Below, in pieces: positions 30,851 through 42,094 of a DNA stretch of 64,000 nt. Under the pieces are notes generated by a model that worked only from the letters and a program-made list of their open reading frames with translations, was not told the origin of the DNA and ran no database searches. The stretch is from Escherichia coli. Lineage in GTDB: Bacteria > Pseudomonadota > Gammaproteobacteria > Enterobacterales > Enterobacteriaceae. The position numbers and the translations under genes are program-made. The number at the start of each line of letters is the position of its first letter. Position 1 is the stretch's first letter. Where the stretch lies: NCBI RefSeq assembly GCF_003334335.1, contig NZ_QOWQ01000003.1; one strand, 5' to 3'.

Positions 30851-31747
30851 TTACGGTACGTCGTACCCCAGTGCCGCTTTACGGATACGAAACCATTGTT
30901 GACGGGTCATTTTCAGTGTTTCTGCTTCGACAGCTGCCCGTACGCGCTCAATTTTACCTGAACCGATAATTGGCAGCGGCTGCGATGGTAAACGTAATAC
31001 CCAGGCGTAAACCACCTGTTCAATCGAGCCCGCGTTTAACTCCTCTGCCACCACAGCCAGTTCATCACGCAGCGGCTGGAAATAATCATCATTAAACAGA
31101 CGACCACCACCAAGGCAGGACCACGCCATCGGACGAACACGCAGTTGTTGTAGTTGGTCGAGCGTGCCATCCAGCAGTAACGGCTGATGCACCGGGGATA
31201 TTTCCACCTGATTAGTGGCAAGGGTAAACGGCAGACGTGATTGCAACAGGGCAAATTGCGCAGGCGTAAAGTTCGATACGCCAAAATGACGCACTTTGCC
31301 GCTCTGATGCAGATGTTTGAACGCGTCCGCCACTTCATCGGCATCCATTAACGGGTCTGGTCGGTGGATTAACAGCAAATCCAGATGATCGGTCGCGAGA
31401 TTAATTAGCGACTGTTCGGCGCTCTTAATGATGTGATCGCGGTCAGTGATGTAATGACCAATGACGTTTTCTTCACGCGCGGTCGTCGCGATACCGCATT
31501 TACTGACGATTTCCATCCGTTCACGCAGGTGAGGTGCCAGTTTCAGTGCCTCGCCAAACGCCGCTTCGCACTGATAGCCACCATAAATATCAGCATGGTC
31601 CACGGTGGTCACGCCGAGATCCAGATGCTCTTCAATAAAACTGACCAGCTGGCGGGCGGACATATTCCAGTCCATCAATCGCCAGTAGCCCATCACAAAA
31701 CGGGAAAACTCCGGGCCTTGCGGCGCAATAGTAATACGCTGAACCAT
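30851..31747 (-). CDS. ydhF: Aldo-keto reductase family oxidoreductase YdhF, 298 aa
   Basis: Track ORF 298 aa; AKR-type fold; synteny. Confidence 0.92.
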   Translation of the reverse strand: MVQRITIAPQGPEFSRFVMGYWRLMDWNMSARQLVSFIEEHLDLGVTTVDHADIYGGYQCEAAFGEALKLAPHLRERMEIVSKCGIATTAREENVIGHYITDRDHIIKSAEQSLINLATDHLDLLLIHRPDPLMDADEVADAFKHLHQSGKVRHFGVSNFTPAQFALLQSRLPFTLATNQVEISPVHQPLLLDGTLDQLQQLRVRPMAWSCLGGGRLFNDDYFQPLRDELAVVAEELNAGSIEQVVYAWVLRLPSQPLPIIGSGKIERVRAAVEAETLKMTRQQWFRIRKAALGYDVP

Positions 31748-31795
31748 AATCGCTTCCTCTTATCAGATATGAGAGGAGTATACGCAAGATTAGGT

Positions 31796-32035
31796 TCAAA
31801 AGAGTGATGGTTGCTCCGGTTCGTCTGATGACGCTGGCTTATTTGCGCGTAATTTGCGCATTAATCGCTGCCGACAAAGGCGCAGCACCTCTTGTTTTTC
31901 GCCATCGCTCATTTTATTCCAGTTAAAACGCTCATCACGACTACGAAAACAGCCGCGACAAAACCCGCGTTCGTCAGACTGGCAAATTCCCCGGCACGGG
32001 CTCTGGACGGGAAAGAACTCTAATTGCTCCGCCAC
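31796..32035 (-). CDS. ydhL: Small Cys-rich protein YdhL (DUF1289), 79 aa, GTG start
   Basis: GTG at 32035 preceded by GAGGAG; conserved CRGIC...CRGC motif; the track ORF extends further upstream and would overlap nemR. Confidence 0.8.
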   Translation of the reverse strand: MAEQLEFFPVQSPCRGICQSDERGFCRGCFRSRDERFNWNKMSDGEKQEVLRLCRQRLMRKLRANKPASSDEPEQPSLF

Positions 32036-32107
32036 TTCGCCCTCCTCAGATAAGATTATTACCATTATTGAAGCTGTTAATGTCCAAAGTAGCAACTTTG
32101 CTTGCAC

Positions 32108-32123
32108 TAGACCGACTGGTCTA
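32108..32123. promoter_or_regulatory. NemR operator-like palindrome TAGACCGACTGGTCTA upstream of nemR
   Basis: 16-bp palindrome seen directly, 15 bp upstream of the nemR start. Confidence 0.6.
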
Positions 32124-32137
32124 CTACACTTCAACGC

Positions 32138-32737
32138 ATGAACAAACACACCGAACATGATACTCGCGAACATCTCCTGGCGACGGGCGAGCAACTTTGC
32201 CTGCAACGTGGATTCACCGGGATGGGGCTAAGCGAATTACTAAAAACCGCTGAAGTGCCGAAAGGGTCCTTCTATCACTACTTTCGCTCTAAAGAAGCGT
32301 TTGGCGTTGCCATGCTTGAGCGTCATTACGCCGCATATCACCAGCGACTGACTGAGTTGCTGCAATCCGGCGAAGGTAACTACCGCGACCGCATACTGGC
32401 TTATTACCAGCAAACACTGAACCAGTTTTGCCAACATGGAACCATCAGTGGTTGCCTGACAGTAAAACTCTCTGCAGAAGTGTGCGATCTGTCAGAAGAT
32501 ATGCGCAGCGCGATGGATAAAGGTGCTCGCGGCGTGATCGCCCTGCTCTCTCAGGCGCTGGAAAATGGCCGTGAGAACCATTGTTTAACCTTTTGTGGCG
32601 AACCGCTGCAACAGGCACAAGTGCTTTACGCACTGTGGCTTGGCGCGAATCTGCAGGCCAAAATTTCGCGCAGTTTCGAGCCACTGGAAAACGCGCTGGC
32701 CCATGTAAAAAACATTATTGCGACGCCTGCCGTTTAG
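32138..32737 (+). CDS. nemR: TetR-family electrophile-sensing repressor NemR, 199 aa
   Basis: Track ORF 199 aa with TetR-type HTH; co-oriented with nemA-gloA. Confidence 0.94.
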   Translation: MNKHTEHDTREHLLATGEQLCLQRGFTGMGLSELLKTAEVPKGSFYHYFRSKEAFGVAMLERHYAAYHQRLTELLQSGEGNYRDRILAYYQQTLNQFCQHGTISGCLTVKLSAEVCDLSEDMRSAMDKGARGVIALLSQALENGRENHCLTFCGEPLQQAQVLYALWLGANLQAKISRSFEPLENALAHVKNIIATPAV

Positions 32738-32773
32738 CAGGCATTTTTTATCACCAGACGACCGGGAGCCTTT

Positions 32774-33871
32774 ATGTCATCTGAAAAACTGTATTCCCCA
32801 CTGAAAGTGGGCGCGATCACGGCGGCAAACCGTATTTTTATGGCACCGCTGACGCGTCTGCGCAGTATTGAACCGGGTGACATTCCTACCCCGTTGATGG
32901 CGGAATACTATCGCCAACGTGCCAGTGCCGGTTTGATTATTAGTGAAGCCACGCAAATTTCTGCCCAGGCAAAAGGATATGCAGGTGCGCCTGGCATCCA
33001 TAGTCCGGAGCAAATTGCCGCATGGAAAAAAATCACCGCTGGCGTTCATGCTGAAAATGGTCATATGGCCGTGCAGCTGTGGCACACCGGACGCATTTCT
33101 CACGCCAGCCTGCAACCTGGCGGTCAGGCACCGGTAGCGCCTTCAGCACTTAGCGCGGGAACACGTACTTCTCTGCGCGATGAAAATGGTCAGGCGATCC
33201 GTGTTGAAACATCCATGCCGCGTGCGCTTGAACTGGAAGAGATTCCAGGTATCGTCAATGATTTCCGTCAGGCCATTGCTAACGCGCGTGAAGCCGGTTT
33301 TGATCTGGTAGAGCTCCACTCTGCTCACGGTTATTTGCTGCATCAGTTCCTTTCTCCTTCTTCAAACCATCGTACCGATCAGTACGGCGGCAGCGTGGAA
33401 AATCGCGCACGTTTGGTACTGGAAGTGGTCGATGCCGGGATTGAAGAATGGGGTGCCGATCGCATTGGCATTCGCGTTTCACCAATCGGTACTTTCCAGA
33501 ACACAGATAACGGCCCGAATGAAGAAGCCGATGCACTGTATCTGATTGAACAACTGGGTAAACGCGGCATTGCTTATCTGCATATGTCAGAACCAGATTG
33601 GGCGGGGGGTGAACCGTATACTGATGCGTTCCGCGAAAAAGTACGCGCCCGTTTCCACGGTCCGATTATCGGCGCAGGTGCATACACAGTAGAAAAAGCT
33701 GAAACGCTGATCGGCAAAGGGTTAATTGATGCGGTGGCATTTGGTCGTGACTGGATTGCGAACCCGGATCTGGTCGCCCGCTTGCAGCGCAAAGCTGAGC
33801 TTAACCCACAGCGTGCCGAAAGTTTCTACGGTGGCGGCGCGGAAGGCTATACCGATTACCCGACGTTGTAA
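32774..33871 (+). CDS. nemA: N-ethylmaleimide reductase (Old Yellow Enzyme family flavoprotein), 365 aa
   Basis: Track ORF 365 aa, OYE-type FMN oxidoreductase. Confidence 0.95.
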
Positions 33872-33951
33872 TCCAACATTGCGAGCGGCGTAAAGCCGCC
33901 GCTATACTAAAACAACATTTTGAATCTGTTAGCCATTTTGAGGATAAAAAG

Positions 33952-34359
33952 ATGCGTCTTCTTCATACCATGCTGCGCGTTGGCGATTTGCAACGCTCCA
34001 TCGATTTTTATACCAAAGTGCTGGGCATGAAACTGCTGCGTACCAGCGAAAACCCGGAATACAAATACTCACTGGCGTTTGTTGGCTACGGCCCGGAAAC
34101 CGAAGAAGCGGTGATTGAACTGACCTACAACTGGGGCGTGGATAAATACGAACTCGGCACTGCTTATGGTCACATCGCGCTTAGCGTAGATAACGCCGCT
34201 GAAGCGTGCGAAAAAATCCGTCAAAACGGGGGTAACGTGACCCGTGAAGCGGGTCCGGTAAAAGGCGGTACTACGGTTATCGCGTTTGTGGAAGATCCGG
34301 ACGGTTACAAAATTGAGTTAATCGAAGAGAAAGACGCCGGTCGCGGTCTGGGCAACTAA
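33952..34359 (+). CDS. gloA: Glyoxalase I (lactoylglutathione lyase), 135 aa
   Basis: Track ORF 135 aa recognised as GloA ([29 protein letters not shown]...). Confidence 0.96.
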
Positions 34360-34461
34360 TCTCCTGCCGGGCGTGAACTCATCGCGCCCGCATCTTTACT
34401 GCATCGACAAGTAATATTTGTCATAATGCGCGCTGCAATTTATCCGTATTAAGAGAATCAG

Positions 34462-35109
34462 ATGTCCGATAACGCTCAACTTACCGGTCTGTGCGACCGT
34501 TTTCGTGGTTTTTATCCTGTTGTGATCGATGTTGAAACAGCCGGATTTAACGCCAAAACCGATGCGCTGCTTGAGATTGCCGCCATCACCCTGAAAATGG
34601 ATGAACAAGGCTGGCTGATGCCGGACACCACATTACATTTCCACGTCGAACCATTTGTCGGCGCAAATTTGCAACCAGAAGCCCTCGCCTTCAACGGCAT
34701 TGACCCGAACGATCCCGATCGCGGCGCGGTCAGCGAATACGAGGCGCTGCACGAAATTTTTAAAGTTGTACGTAAAGGTATTAAAGCGAGCGGCTGTAAC
34801 CGCGCCATTATGGTGGCGCACAATGCCAATTTTGATCACAGCTTTATGATGGCCGCCGCAGAACGCGCCTCACTGAAACGTAACCCGTTCCACCCTTTCG
34901 CCACTTTTGACACTGCTGCACTGGCCGGGCTGGCACTCGGACAAACCGTATTGTCAAAGGCTTGCCAGACCGCTGGCATGGACTTCGACAGCACCCAGGC
35001 GCACTCCGCGCTGTACGACACCGAACGCACTGCTGTGCTGTTTTGTGAAATCGTCAACCGCTGGAAACGTCTGGGAGGCTGGCCGCTATCTGCCGCCGAA
35101 GAGGTGTAA
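34462..35109 (+). CDS. rnt: Ribonuclease T (DEDDh 3'-5' exonuclease), 215 aa
   Basis: Track ORF 215 aa recognised as RNase T. Confidence 0.95.
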   Translation: MSDNAQLTGLCDRFRGFYPVVIDVETAGFNAKTDALLEIAAITLKMDEQGWLMPDTTLHFHVEPFVGANLQPEALAFNGIDPNDPDRGAVSEYEALHEIFKVVRKGIKASGCNRAIMVAHNANFDHSFMMAAAERASLKRNPFHPFATFDTAALAGLALGQTVLSKACQTAGMDFDSTQAHSALYDTERTAVLFCEIVNRWKRLGGWPLSAAEEV

Positions 35110-35201
35110 TCGAGTCGATGCCTGATGACATGCAATGATTCAGGCATCTATAGTGAGGCTATTCCACTCATCCTGCATGATATTCACGGGGAATAGCGTT
35201 A

Positions 35202-38200
35202 ATGGCAGATAATCCAGACCCTTCATCGCTCCTGCCGGACGTGTTTTCACCGGCGCCCCGCGACTGGTTTCTTCGCGCCTTTAAACAGCCGACCGCTGTC
35301 CAGCCGCAAACCTGGCATGTGGCGGCGCGAAGCGAACATGCGCTGGTGATTGCACCGACCGGCTCCGGGAAAACGCTGGCAGCATTTCTCTACGCCCTCG
35401 ATCGGCTCTTCCGCGAAGGCGGCGAAGATACCCGCGAGGCGCATAAGCGTAAAACCTCACGCATCCTCTATATTTCACCGATAAAAGCCCTGGGCACCGA
35501 CGTTCAGCGCAACTTGCAGATCCCGTTGAAGGGTATTGCCGATGAACGGCGGCGGCGCGGCGAAACGGAAGTCAATCTTCGCGTAGGGATCCGTACTGGC
35601 GATACGCCTGCACAGGAACGCAGCAAACTCACCCGTAATCCGCCGGATATTCTGATCACCACACCCGAATCACTCTATCTGATGCTGACCTCCCGCGCGC
35701 GCGAAACGCTACGCGGCGTCGAAACGGTAATTATTGATGAAGTCCACGCGGTAGCGGGCAGTAAACGTGGTGCGCATCTGGCGTTAAGTCTGGAGCGGCT
35801 CGATGCGCTGCTCCACACCTCAGCACAGCGAATTGGCCTTTCTGCCACTGTGCGCTCAGCCAGCGATGTGGCAGCATTTCTTGGTGGCGATCGCCCGGTT
35901 ACGGTAGTCAACCCGCCCGCAATGCGCCATCCGCAGATACGAATTGTCGTACCGGTCGCCAATATGGATGATGTCTCATCGGTCGCCAGCGGCACCGGCG
36001 AAGACAGCCATGCCGGCCGGGAAGGCTCCATCTGGCCATATATTGAAACGGGTATCCTTGATGAAGTGTTGCGCCATCGCTCGACCATTGTCTTTACTAA
36101 TTCGCGGGGGCTGGCGGAAAAACTGACGGCACGATTAAATGAGCTTTACGCCGCACGCTTACAGCGTTCCCCGTCTATCGCCGTTGATGCGGCCCATTTC
36201 GAGTCGACCTCCGGCGCAACCTCTAACCGTGTACAAAGTAGCGACGTTTTTATTGCCCGCTCACACCACGGCTCCGTCTCTAAAGAACAACGAGCAATCA
36301 CCGAACAGGCGCTGAAATCGGGTGAATTACGCTGCGTGGTCGCAACCTCCAGTCTTGAACTGGGGATTGATATGGGCGCGGTGGATCTGGTGATTCAGGT
36401 GGCAACGCCGCTTTCTGTTGCCAGTGGGTTACAACGCATTGGTCGCGCCGGACATCAGGTTGGCGGTGTATCTAAAGGGCTGTTTTTCCCCCGTACCCGG
36501 CGTGATTTAGTCGATTCCGCAGTCATTGTAGAGTGTATGTTCGCAGGCAGGCTGGAAAACCTGACACCACCGCATAATCCTCTCGACGTCCTTGCGCAGC
36601 AAACCGTTGCCGCCGCGGCGATGGATGCATTACAGGTAGACGAATGGTACTCCCGCGTACGCCGTGCCGCACCGTGGAAAGATCTGCCAAGACGTGTTTT
36701 TGACGCCACGCTGGATATGCTTTCCGGGCGCTATCCCTCTGGCGATTTTTCTGCTTTTCGCCCCAAACTGGTCTGGAACAGGGAGACCGGGATATTGACC
36801 GCCCGACCTGGCGCTCAATTGTTGGCGGTTACCAGCGGCGGCACCATTCCGGATCGTGGCATGTATAGCGTGTTATTACCCGAAGGTGAAGAAAAGGCCG
36901 GTTCGCGGCGGGTGGGTGAACTGGATGAGGAGATGGTATATGAGTCGCGGGTGAACGACATTATCACTCTCGGCGCTACCTCATGGCGGATCCAACAAAT
37001 CACCCGCGATCAGGTGATTGTGACTCCTGCTCCGGGTCGTTCTGCCCGGCTCCCCTTCTGGCGTGGTGAAGGTAACGGACGTCCGGCTGAATTAGGCGAG
37101 ATGATCGGCGATTTTCTTCATTTGCTGGCGGATGGCGCGTTCTTTTCCGGGACTATTCCCCCGTGGCTGGCAGAAGAAAATACGATCGCCAATATTCAGG
37201 GGTTGATTGAGGAGCAGCGCAACGCGACGGGCATCGTTCCGGGGAGTCGCCATCTGGTCCTCGAACGGTGCCGTGATGAAATTGGTGACTGGCGTATTAT
37301 TTTGCACTCTCCCTATGGAAGACGGGTGCATGAACCCTGGGCGGTGGCGATTGCCGGGCGAATACATGCGCTATGGGGCGCTGACGCGTCGGTGGTCGCC
37401 AGTGATGACGGCATTGTTGCACGTATTCCTGACACCGATGGTAAATTGCCCGATGCCGCGATTTTTTTGTTTGAACCAGAAAAGTTGCTGCAAATTGTCC
37501 GCGAGGCGGTAGGCAGCTCGGCACTTTTCGCCGCCCGTTTTCGCGAATGCGCCGCGCGGGCATTATTAATGCCGGGGCGCACTCCGGGCCATCGCACCCC
37601 GCTTTGGCAACAACGGCTGCGCGCCAGTCAGTTGCTGGAAATCGCTCAGGGATATCCGGATTTTCCGGTCATTCTCGAAACCCTACGCGAATGTCTGCAA
37701 GATGTTTATGATCTTCCCGCACTGGAACGTTTGATGCGTCGCCTGAACGGTGGCGAAATTCAAATATCCGATGTAACGACCACTACGCCCTCGCCTTTCG
37801 CCACAAGTTTATTGTTCGGCTATGTCGCGGAATTTATGTACCAGAGCGACGCCCCGCTGGCAGAGCGCCGGGCATCCGTACTGTCGCTGGACAGCGAGTT
37901 ACTGCGCAATCTACTCGGACAGGTCGATCCGGGGGAATTACTCGACCCGCAGGTCATTCGCCAGGTGGAAGAAGAGTTGCAACGACTGGCTCCTGGCAGA
38001 AGAGCGAAAGGTGAAGAAGGATTGTTCGACCTGCTGCGCGAACTGGGGCCAATGACCGTTGAAGACCTGGCGCAACGGCATACAGGCAGCAGTGAAGAGG
38101 TTGCGTCGTATCTGGAAAATCTTCTTGCAGTAAAACGAATCTTCCCAGCGATGATTAGCGGACAGGAGCGTCTTGCCTGTATGGATGATGCCGCCAGGCT

Positions 38201-39818
38201 GCGTGATGCCCTCGGCGTACGACTACCAGAGTCATTGCCAGAGATTTATTTACATAGAGTCAGTTACCCGCTTCGCGACCTCTTTCTGCGCTATCTCCGG
38301 GCTCATGCTCTGGTCACGGCTGAACAACTGGCTCATGAGTTTAGTCTCGGTATTGCCATTGTCGAAGAGCAGCTTCAGCAACTGCGTGAACAGGGTCTGG
38401 TGATGAATCTGCAACAAGACATCTGGGTGAGCGATGAAGTATTTCGTCGTCTGCGTTTGCGCTCGCTGCAAGCCGCCAGAGAAGCGACGCGTCCCGTTGC
38501 AGCCACGACCTATGCGCGATTGCTGCTGGAACGTCAGGGCGTATTACCCGCCACCGATGGTAGCCCGGCGCTCTTTGCCTCAACATCGCCAGGCGTTTAT
38601 GAGGGCGTAGATGGCGTGATGCGGGTGATCGAACAGCTTGCCGGAGTCGGTTTACCCGCCTCACTCTGGGAAAGCCAGATCCTGCCTGCCCGCGTACGCG
38701 ACTATTCGTCAGAAATGCTCGATGAATTACTGGCAACCGGTGCGGTTATCTGGTCGGGGCAAAAAAAACTGGGTGAAGATGACGGCCTGGTGGCACTGCA
38801 TCTACAGGAATATGCTGCAGAATCGTTCACTCCCGCCGAAGCGGATCAGGCGAATCGTTCGGCGCTGCAACAAGCGATAGTCGCTGTTCTGGCTGACGGA
38901 GGAGCCTGGTTTGCACAACAAATCAGCCAACGGATACGCGACAAAATCGGCGAATCGGTTGATCTCTCTGCCCTGCAAGAGGCGTTATGGGCGCTGGTCT
39001 GGCAAGGCGTCATCACCAGCGACATTTGGGCACCGTTACGCGCCCTCACCCGCAGCAGTTCCAACGCACGCACCTCAACTCGCCGCAGTCACCGGGCTCG
39101 TCGTGGACGTCCTGTCTATGCGCAACCCGTCTCGCCGCGGGTATCTTACAACACACCAAATCTGGCTGGACGCTGGTCGTTATTGCAGGTGGAGCCACTA
39201 AACGATACCGAAAGGATGCTGGCGCTGGCGGAAAATATGCTCGACCGCTACGGCATCATCAGTCGTCAGGCGGTGATAGCCGAAAATATCCCTGGCGGGT
39301 TTCCATCGATGCAAACGCTTTGTCGAAGTATGGAAGACTCCGGGCGAATTATGCGAGGTCGTTTTGTAGAAGGTCTGGGTGGCGCGCAATTCGCTGAACG
39401 TCTGACTATTGACCGATTGCGCGATCTGGCGACACAAGCCACGCAAACGCGCCACTATACACCAGTGGCGCTCTCTGCCAACGATCCGGCTAATGTGTGG
39501 GGAAATCTTCTGCCCTGGCCTGCACATCCGGCAACGCTGGTTCCAACGCGTCGGGCGGGTGCGCTGGTGGTCGTTTCTGGCGGCAAATTGTTACTCTATC
39601 TGGCGCAAGGTGGCAAAAAAATGCTGGTCTGGCAGGAAAAAGAGGAATTACTCGCCCCAGAGGTTTTCCACGCGCTGACTACCGCACTGCGTCGCGAACC
39701 ACGGCTGCGCTTTACGCTAACAGAAGTGAATGATCTACCGGTCCGGCAAACGCCGATGTTTACGCTGCTGCGTGAGGCGGGATTTTCAAGTTCGCCACAA
39801 GGGCTGGATTGGGGATAG
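35202..39818 (+). CDS. lhr: Large ATP-dependent helicase Lhr (superfamily 2), 1538 aa
   Basis: Track ORF 1538 aa; Walker A (APTGSGKT) and DEAH-type box (IIDEVH). Confidence 0.95.
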   Translation: MADNPDPSSLLPDVFSPAPRDWFLRAFKQPTAVQPQTWHVAARSEHALVIAPTGSGKTLAAFLYALDRLFREGGEDTREAHKRKTSRILYISPIKALGTDVQRNLQIPLKGIADERRRRGETEVNLRVGIRTGDTPAQERSKLTRNPPDILITTPESLYLMLTSRARETLRGVETVIIDEVHAVAGSKRGAHLALSLERLDALLHTSAQRIGLSATVRSASDVAAFLGGDRPVTVVNPPAMRHPQIRIVVPVANMDDVSSVASGTGEDSHAGREGSIWPYIETGILDEVLRHRSTIVFTNSRGLAEKLTARLNELYAARLQRSPSIAVDAAHFESTSGATSNRVQSSDVFIARSHHGSVSKEQRAITEQALKSGELRCVVATSSLELGIDMGAVDLVIQVATPLSVASGLQRIGRAGHQVGGVSKGLFFPRTRRDLVDSAVIVECMFAGRLENLTPPHNPLDVLAQQTVAAAAMDALQVDEWYSRVRRAAPWKDLPRRVFDATLDMLSGRYPSGDFSAFRPKLVWNRETGILTARPGAQLLAVTSGGTIPDRGMYSVLLPEGEEKAGSRRVGELDEEMVYESRVNDIITLGATSWRIQQITRDQVIVTPAPGRSARLPFWRGEGNGRPAELGEMIGDFLHLLADGAFFSGTIPPWLAEENTIANIQGLIEEQRNATGIVPGSRHLVLERCRDEIGDWRIILHSPYGRRVHEPWAVAIAGRIHALWGADASVVASDDGIVARIPDTDGKLPDAAIFLFEPEKLLQIVREAVGSSALFAARFRECAARALLMPGRTPGHRTPLWQQRLRASQLLEIAQGYPDFPVILETLRECLQDVYDLPALERLMRRLNGGEIQISDVTTTTPSPFATSLLFGYVAEFMYQSDAPLAERRASVLSLDSELLRNLLGQVDPGELLDPQVIRQVEEELQRLAPGRRAKGEEGLFDLLRELGPMTVEDLAQRHTGSSEEVASYLENLLAVKRIFPAMISGQERLACMDDAARLRDALGVRLPESLPEIYLHRVSYPLRDLFLRYLRAHALVTAEQLAHEFSLGIAIVEEQLQQLREQGLVMNLQQDIWVSDEVFRRLRLRSLQAAREATRPVAATTYARLLLERQGVLPATDGSPALFASTSPGVYEGVDGVMRVIEQLAGVGLPASLWESQILPARVRDYSSEMLDELLATGAVIWSGQKKLGEDDGLVALHLQEYAAESFTPAEADQANRSALQQAIVAVLADGGAWFAQQISQRIRDKIGESVDLSALQEALWALVWQGVITSDIWAPLRALTRSSSNARTSTRRSHRARRGRPVYAQPVSPRVSYNTPNLAGRWSLLQVEPLNDTERMLALAENMLDRYGIISRQAVIAENIPGGFPSMQTLCRSMEDSGRIMRGRFVEGLGGAQFAERLTIDRLRDLATQATQTRHYTPVALSANDPANVWGNLLPWPAHPATLVPTRRAGALVVVSGGKLLLYLAQGGKKMLVWQEKEELLAPEVFHALTTALRREPRLRFTLTEVNDLPVRQTPMFTLLREAGFSSSPQGLDWG

Positions 39819-39825
39819 AGAAAGG

Positions 39826-39855
39826 ACTGACGGATGCCCGTTCGCATCCGTCAGT
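39826..39855. terminator. Bidirectional terminator hairpin between convergent lhr and grxD
   Basis: Inverted repeat CTGACGGATGC/GCATCCGTCAG seen directly. Confidence 0.6.
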
Positions 39856-39868
39856 ATTGCAGGACGGA

Positions 39869-40216
39869 TTATTCCGCGTCCGGCTCTTCAGACTTGTATT
39901 TAGCGGCAGTTTCTTTGATCAGCTGCTGCAGTTCGCCACGCTGATACATTTCGATCACGATATCACAACCGCCGACCAGCTCGCCGTCAACCCACAGTTG
40001 CGGGAAGGTCGGCCAGTTAGCATATTTCGGCAGTTCCGCACGAATGTCCGGATTCTGCAGAATATCAACATAGGCAAAACGTTCGCCACATGCGGCAAGC
40101 GCCTGGACTGCCTGGGCAGAGAAACCGCAGCTCGGCAGTTTCGGTGAACCTTTCATGTACAGCAGGATCGGGTTTTCAGCAATCTGGCGTTGGATTTTTT
40201 CGATAGTGGTGCTCAT
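39869..40216 (-). CDS. grxD: Monothiol glutaredoxin Grx4 (GrxD/YdhD), 115 aa
   Basis: Track ORF 115 aa with the CGFS active-site motif. Confidence 0.95.
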   Translation of the reverse strand: MSTTIEKIQRQIAENPILLYMKGSPKLPSCGFSAQAVQALAACGERFAYVDILQNPDIRAELPKYANWPTFPQLWVDGELVGGCDIVIEMYQRGELQQLIKETAAKYKSEEPDAE

Positions 40217-40549
40217 TGTCTTGCTTCCTCAAACTTCTTTACGGCAGTAATCTGACATTGTAGCGGGTCAGTGCGGCATCGGAAAATAACATTTTCATCA
40301 CGCTTTTGCTATTTTATCCCTTTGCTCTATTTGTTGCATTTCAAATATTCGTTTCTTCTCTGATGCCGGCAAACTGGCGTATTTATAACCATTTTTAGCT
40401 TTCACTGCTGCATTTTTTTGCGCTCGCCAACGAAACGTATTTTTTAACAATAAAAGCTATTAACTTTCTCTTCTTCTATGCATTAGAATCATCAAGTTTT
40501 GTAAATCAGACGCAGGCATGATAGACCTGCCTTAACAGAGGGACGCTCA

Positions 40550-41365
40550 GTGGCGCGGATAAACCGTATTTCGATCACGCTCTGTGCTTTACTTTTTACC
40601 ACCCTGCCTTTAACGCCTATGGCCCATGCTTCAAAGCAAGCCAGGGAGAGTTCTGCTACCACTCATATCACCAAAAAAGCAGATAAAAAGAAAAGCACGG
40701 CAACCACCAAAAAGACCCAGAAAACAGCGAAAAAAGCCGCCAGTAAAAGTACGACCAAAAGCAAAACCGCTTCTTCCGTTAAAAAATCTTCCATTACCGC
40801 TTCTAAAAACGCCAAAACTCGCAGCAAACACGCCGTCAATAAAACGGCCTCAGCCAGCTTTACCGAAAAGTGTACCAAACGTAAGGGCTATAAATCGCAT
40901 TGTGTGAAAGTCAAAAATGCCGCGTCAGGAACTCTTGCCGACGCGCACAAAGCGAAGGTGCAAAAAGCTACGAAAGTGGCAATGAATAAACTGATGCAGC
41001 AAATTGGTAAGCCATATCGTTGGGGTGGCAGCTCACCGCGTACCGGTTTTGATTGCAGCGGCCTGGTTTATTACGCTTATAAAGATTTGGTGAAAATTCG
41101 TATTCCGCGTACGGCGAATGAAATGTATCACCTGCGTGATGCAGCGCCAATCGAACGTAGTGAACTGAAAAACGGCGACCTGGTCTTTTTCCGTACTCAG
41201 GGACGCGGCACAGCCGATCATGTCGGCGTGTATGTCGGCAACGGCAAATTTATTCAGTCACCGCGCACAGGTCAGGAAATTCAAATCACTTCTCTCAGTG
41301 AAGACTACTGGCAGCGCCACTATGTTGGCGCTCGTCGGGTAATGACCCCAAAAACACTTCGCTAA
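40550..41365 (+). CDS. mepH: NlpC/P60-family peptidoglycan DD-endopeptidase MepH (YdhO), 271 aa, GTG start
   Basis: Track ORF 271 aa; signal peptide, Lys/Thr-rich linker and C-terminal NlpC/P60 domain with a catalytic Cys (DCSGLVYY). Confidence 0.92.
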   Translation: MARINRISITLCALLFTTLPLTPMAHASKQARESSATTHITKKADKKKSTATTKKTQKTAKKAASKSTTKSKTASSVKKSSITASKNAKTRSKHAVNKTASASFTEKCTKRKGYKSHCVKVKNAASGTLADAHKAKVQKATKVAMNKLMQQIGKPYRWGGSSPRTGFDCSGLVYYAYKDLVKIRIPRTANEMYHLRDAAPIERSELKNGDLVFFRTQGRGTADHVGVYVGNGKFIQSPRTGQEIQITSLSEDYWQRHYVGARRVMTPKTLR

Positions 41366-41371
41366 AACTTT

Positions 41372-41408
41372 ACCCTGTTGTTACGGCAACAGGGTAAGTT
41401 CATCTTTT
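41372..41408 (+). terminator. Probable intrinsic terminator downstream of mepH
   Basis: Hairpin ACCCTGTTG/CAACAGGGT followed by a T-rich tract, seen directly. Confidence 0.5.
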
Positions 41409-41492
41409 GTCTCACCTTTTAATTTGCTACCCTATCCATACGCACAATAAGGCTATTGTACGTATGCAAATTAATAATAAAGGAGAGTAGCA

Positions 41493-42074
41493 ATGTCATT
41501 CGAATTACCTGCACTACCATATGCTAAAGATGCTCTGGCACCGCACATTTCTGCGGAAACCATCGAGTATCACTACGGCAAGCACCATCAGACTTATGTC
41601 ACTAACCTGAACAACCTGATTAAAGGTACCGCGTTTGAAGGTAAATCACTGGAAGAGATTATTCGCAGCTCTGAAGGTGTCGTATTCAACAACGCAGCTC
41701 AGGTCTGGAACCATACTTTCTACTGGAACTGCCTGGCACCGAACGCCGGTGGCGAACCGACTGGAAAAGTCGCTGAAGCTATCGCCGCATCTTTTGGCAG
41801 CTTTGCCGATTTCAAAGCGCAGTTTACTGATGCAGCGATCAAAAACTTTGGTTCTGGCTGGACCTGGCTGGTGAAAAACAGCGATGGCAAACTGGCTATC
41901 GTTTCAACCTCTAACGCGGGTACTCCGCTGACCACCGATGCGACTCCGCTGCTGACCGTTGATGTCTGGGAACACGCTTATTACATCGACTATCGCAATG
42001 CACGTCCTGGCTATCTGGAGCACTTCTGGGCGCTGGTGAACTGGGAATTCGTAGCGAAAAATCTCGCTGCATAA
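41493..42074 (+). CDS. sodB: Iron superoxide dismutase, 193 aa
   Basis: Track ORF 193 aa recognised as SodB ([36 protein letters not shown]...). Confidence 0.97.
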   Translation: MSFELPALPYAKDALAPHISAETIEYHYGKHHQTYVTNLNNLIKGTAFEGKSLEEIIRSSEGVVFNNAAQVWNHTFYWNCLAPNAGGEPTGKVAEAIAASFGSFADFKAQFTDAAIKNFGSGWTWLVKNSDGKLAIVSTSNAGTPLTTDATPLLTVDVWEHAYYIDYRNARPGYLEHFWALVNWEFVAKNLAA

Positions 42075-42094
42075 TAACTGATGGCAAATGCAGC

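Noticed and set aside
35117-35148. Inverted repeat GATGCCTGA...TCAGGCATC downstream of rnt as a terminator
   Set aside because: The loop is long (14 nt) and no T-run follows; it may be a protein-binding palindrome or weak structure, but the evidence is too thin to annotate.
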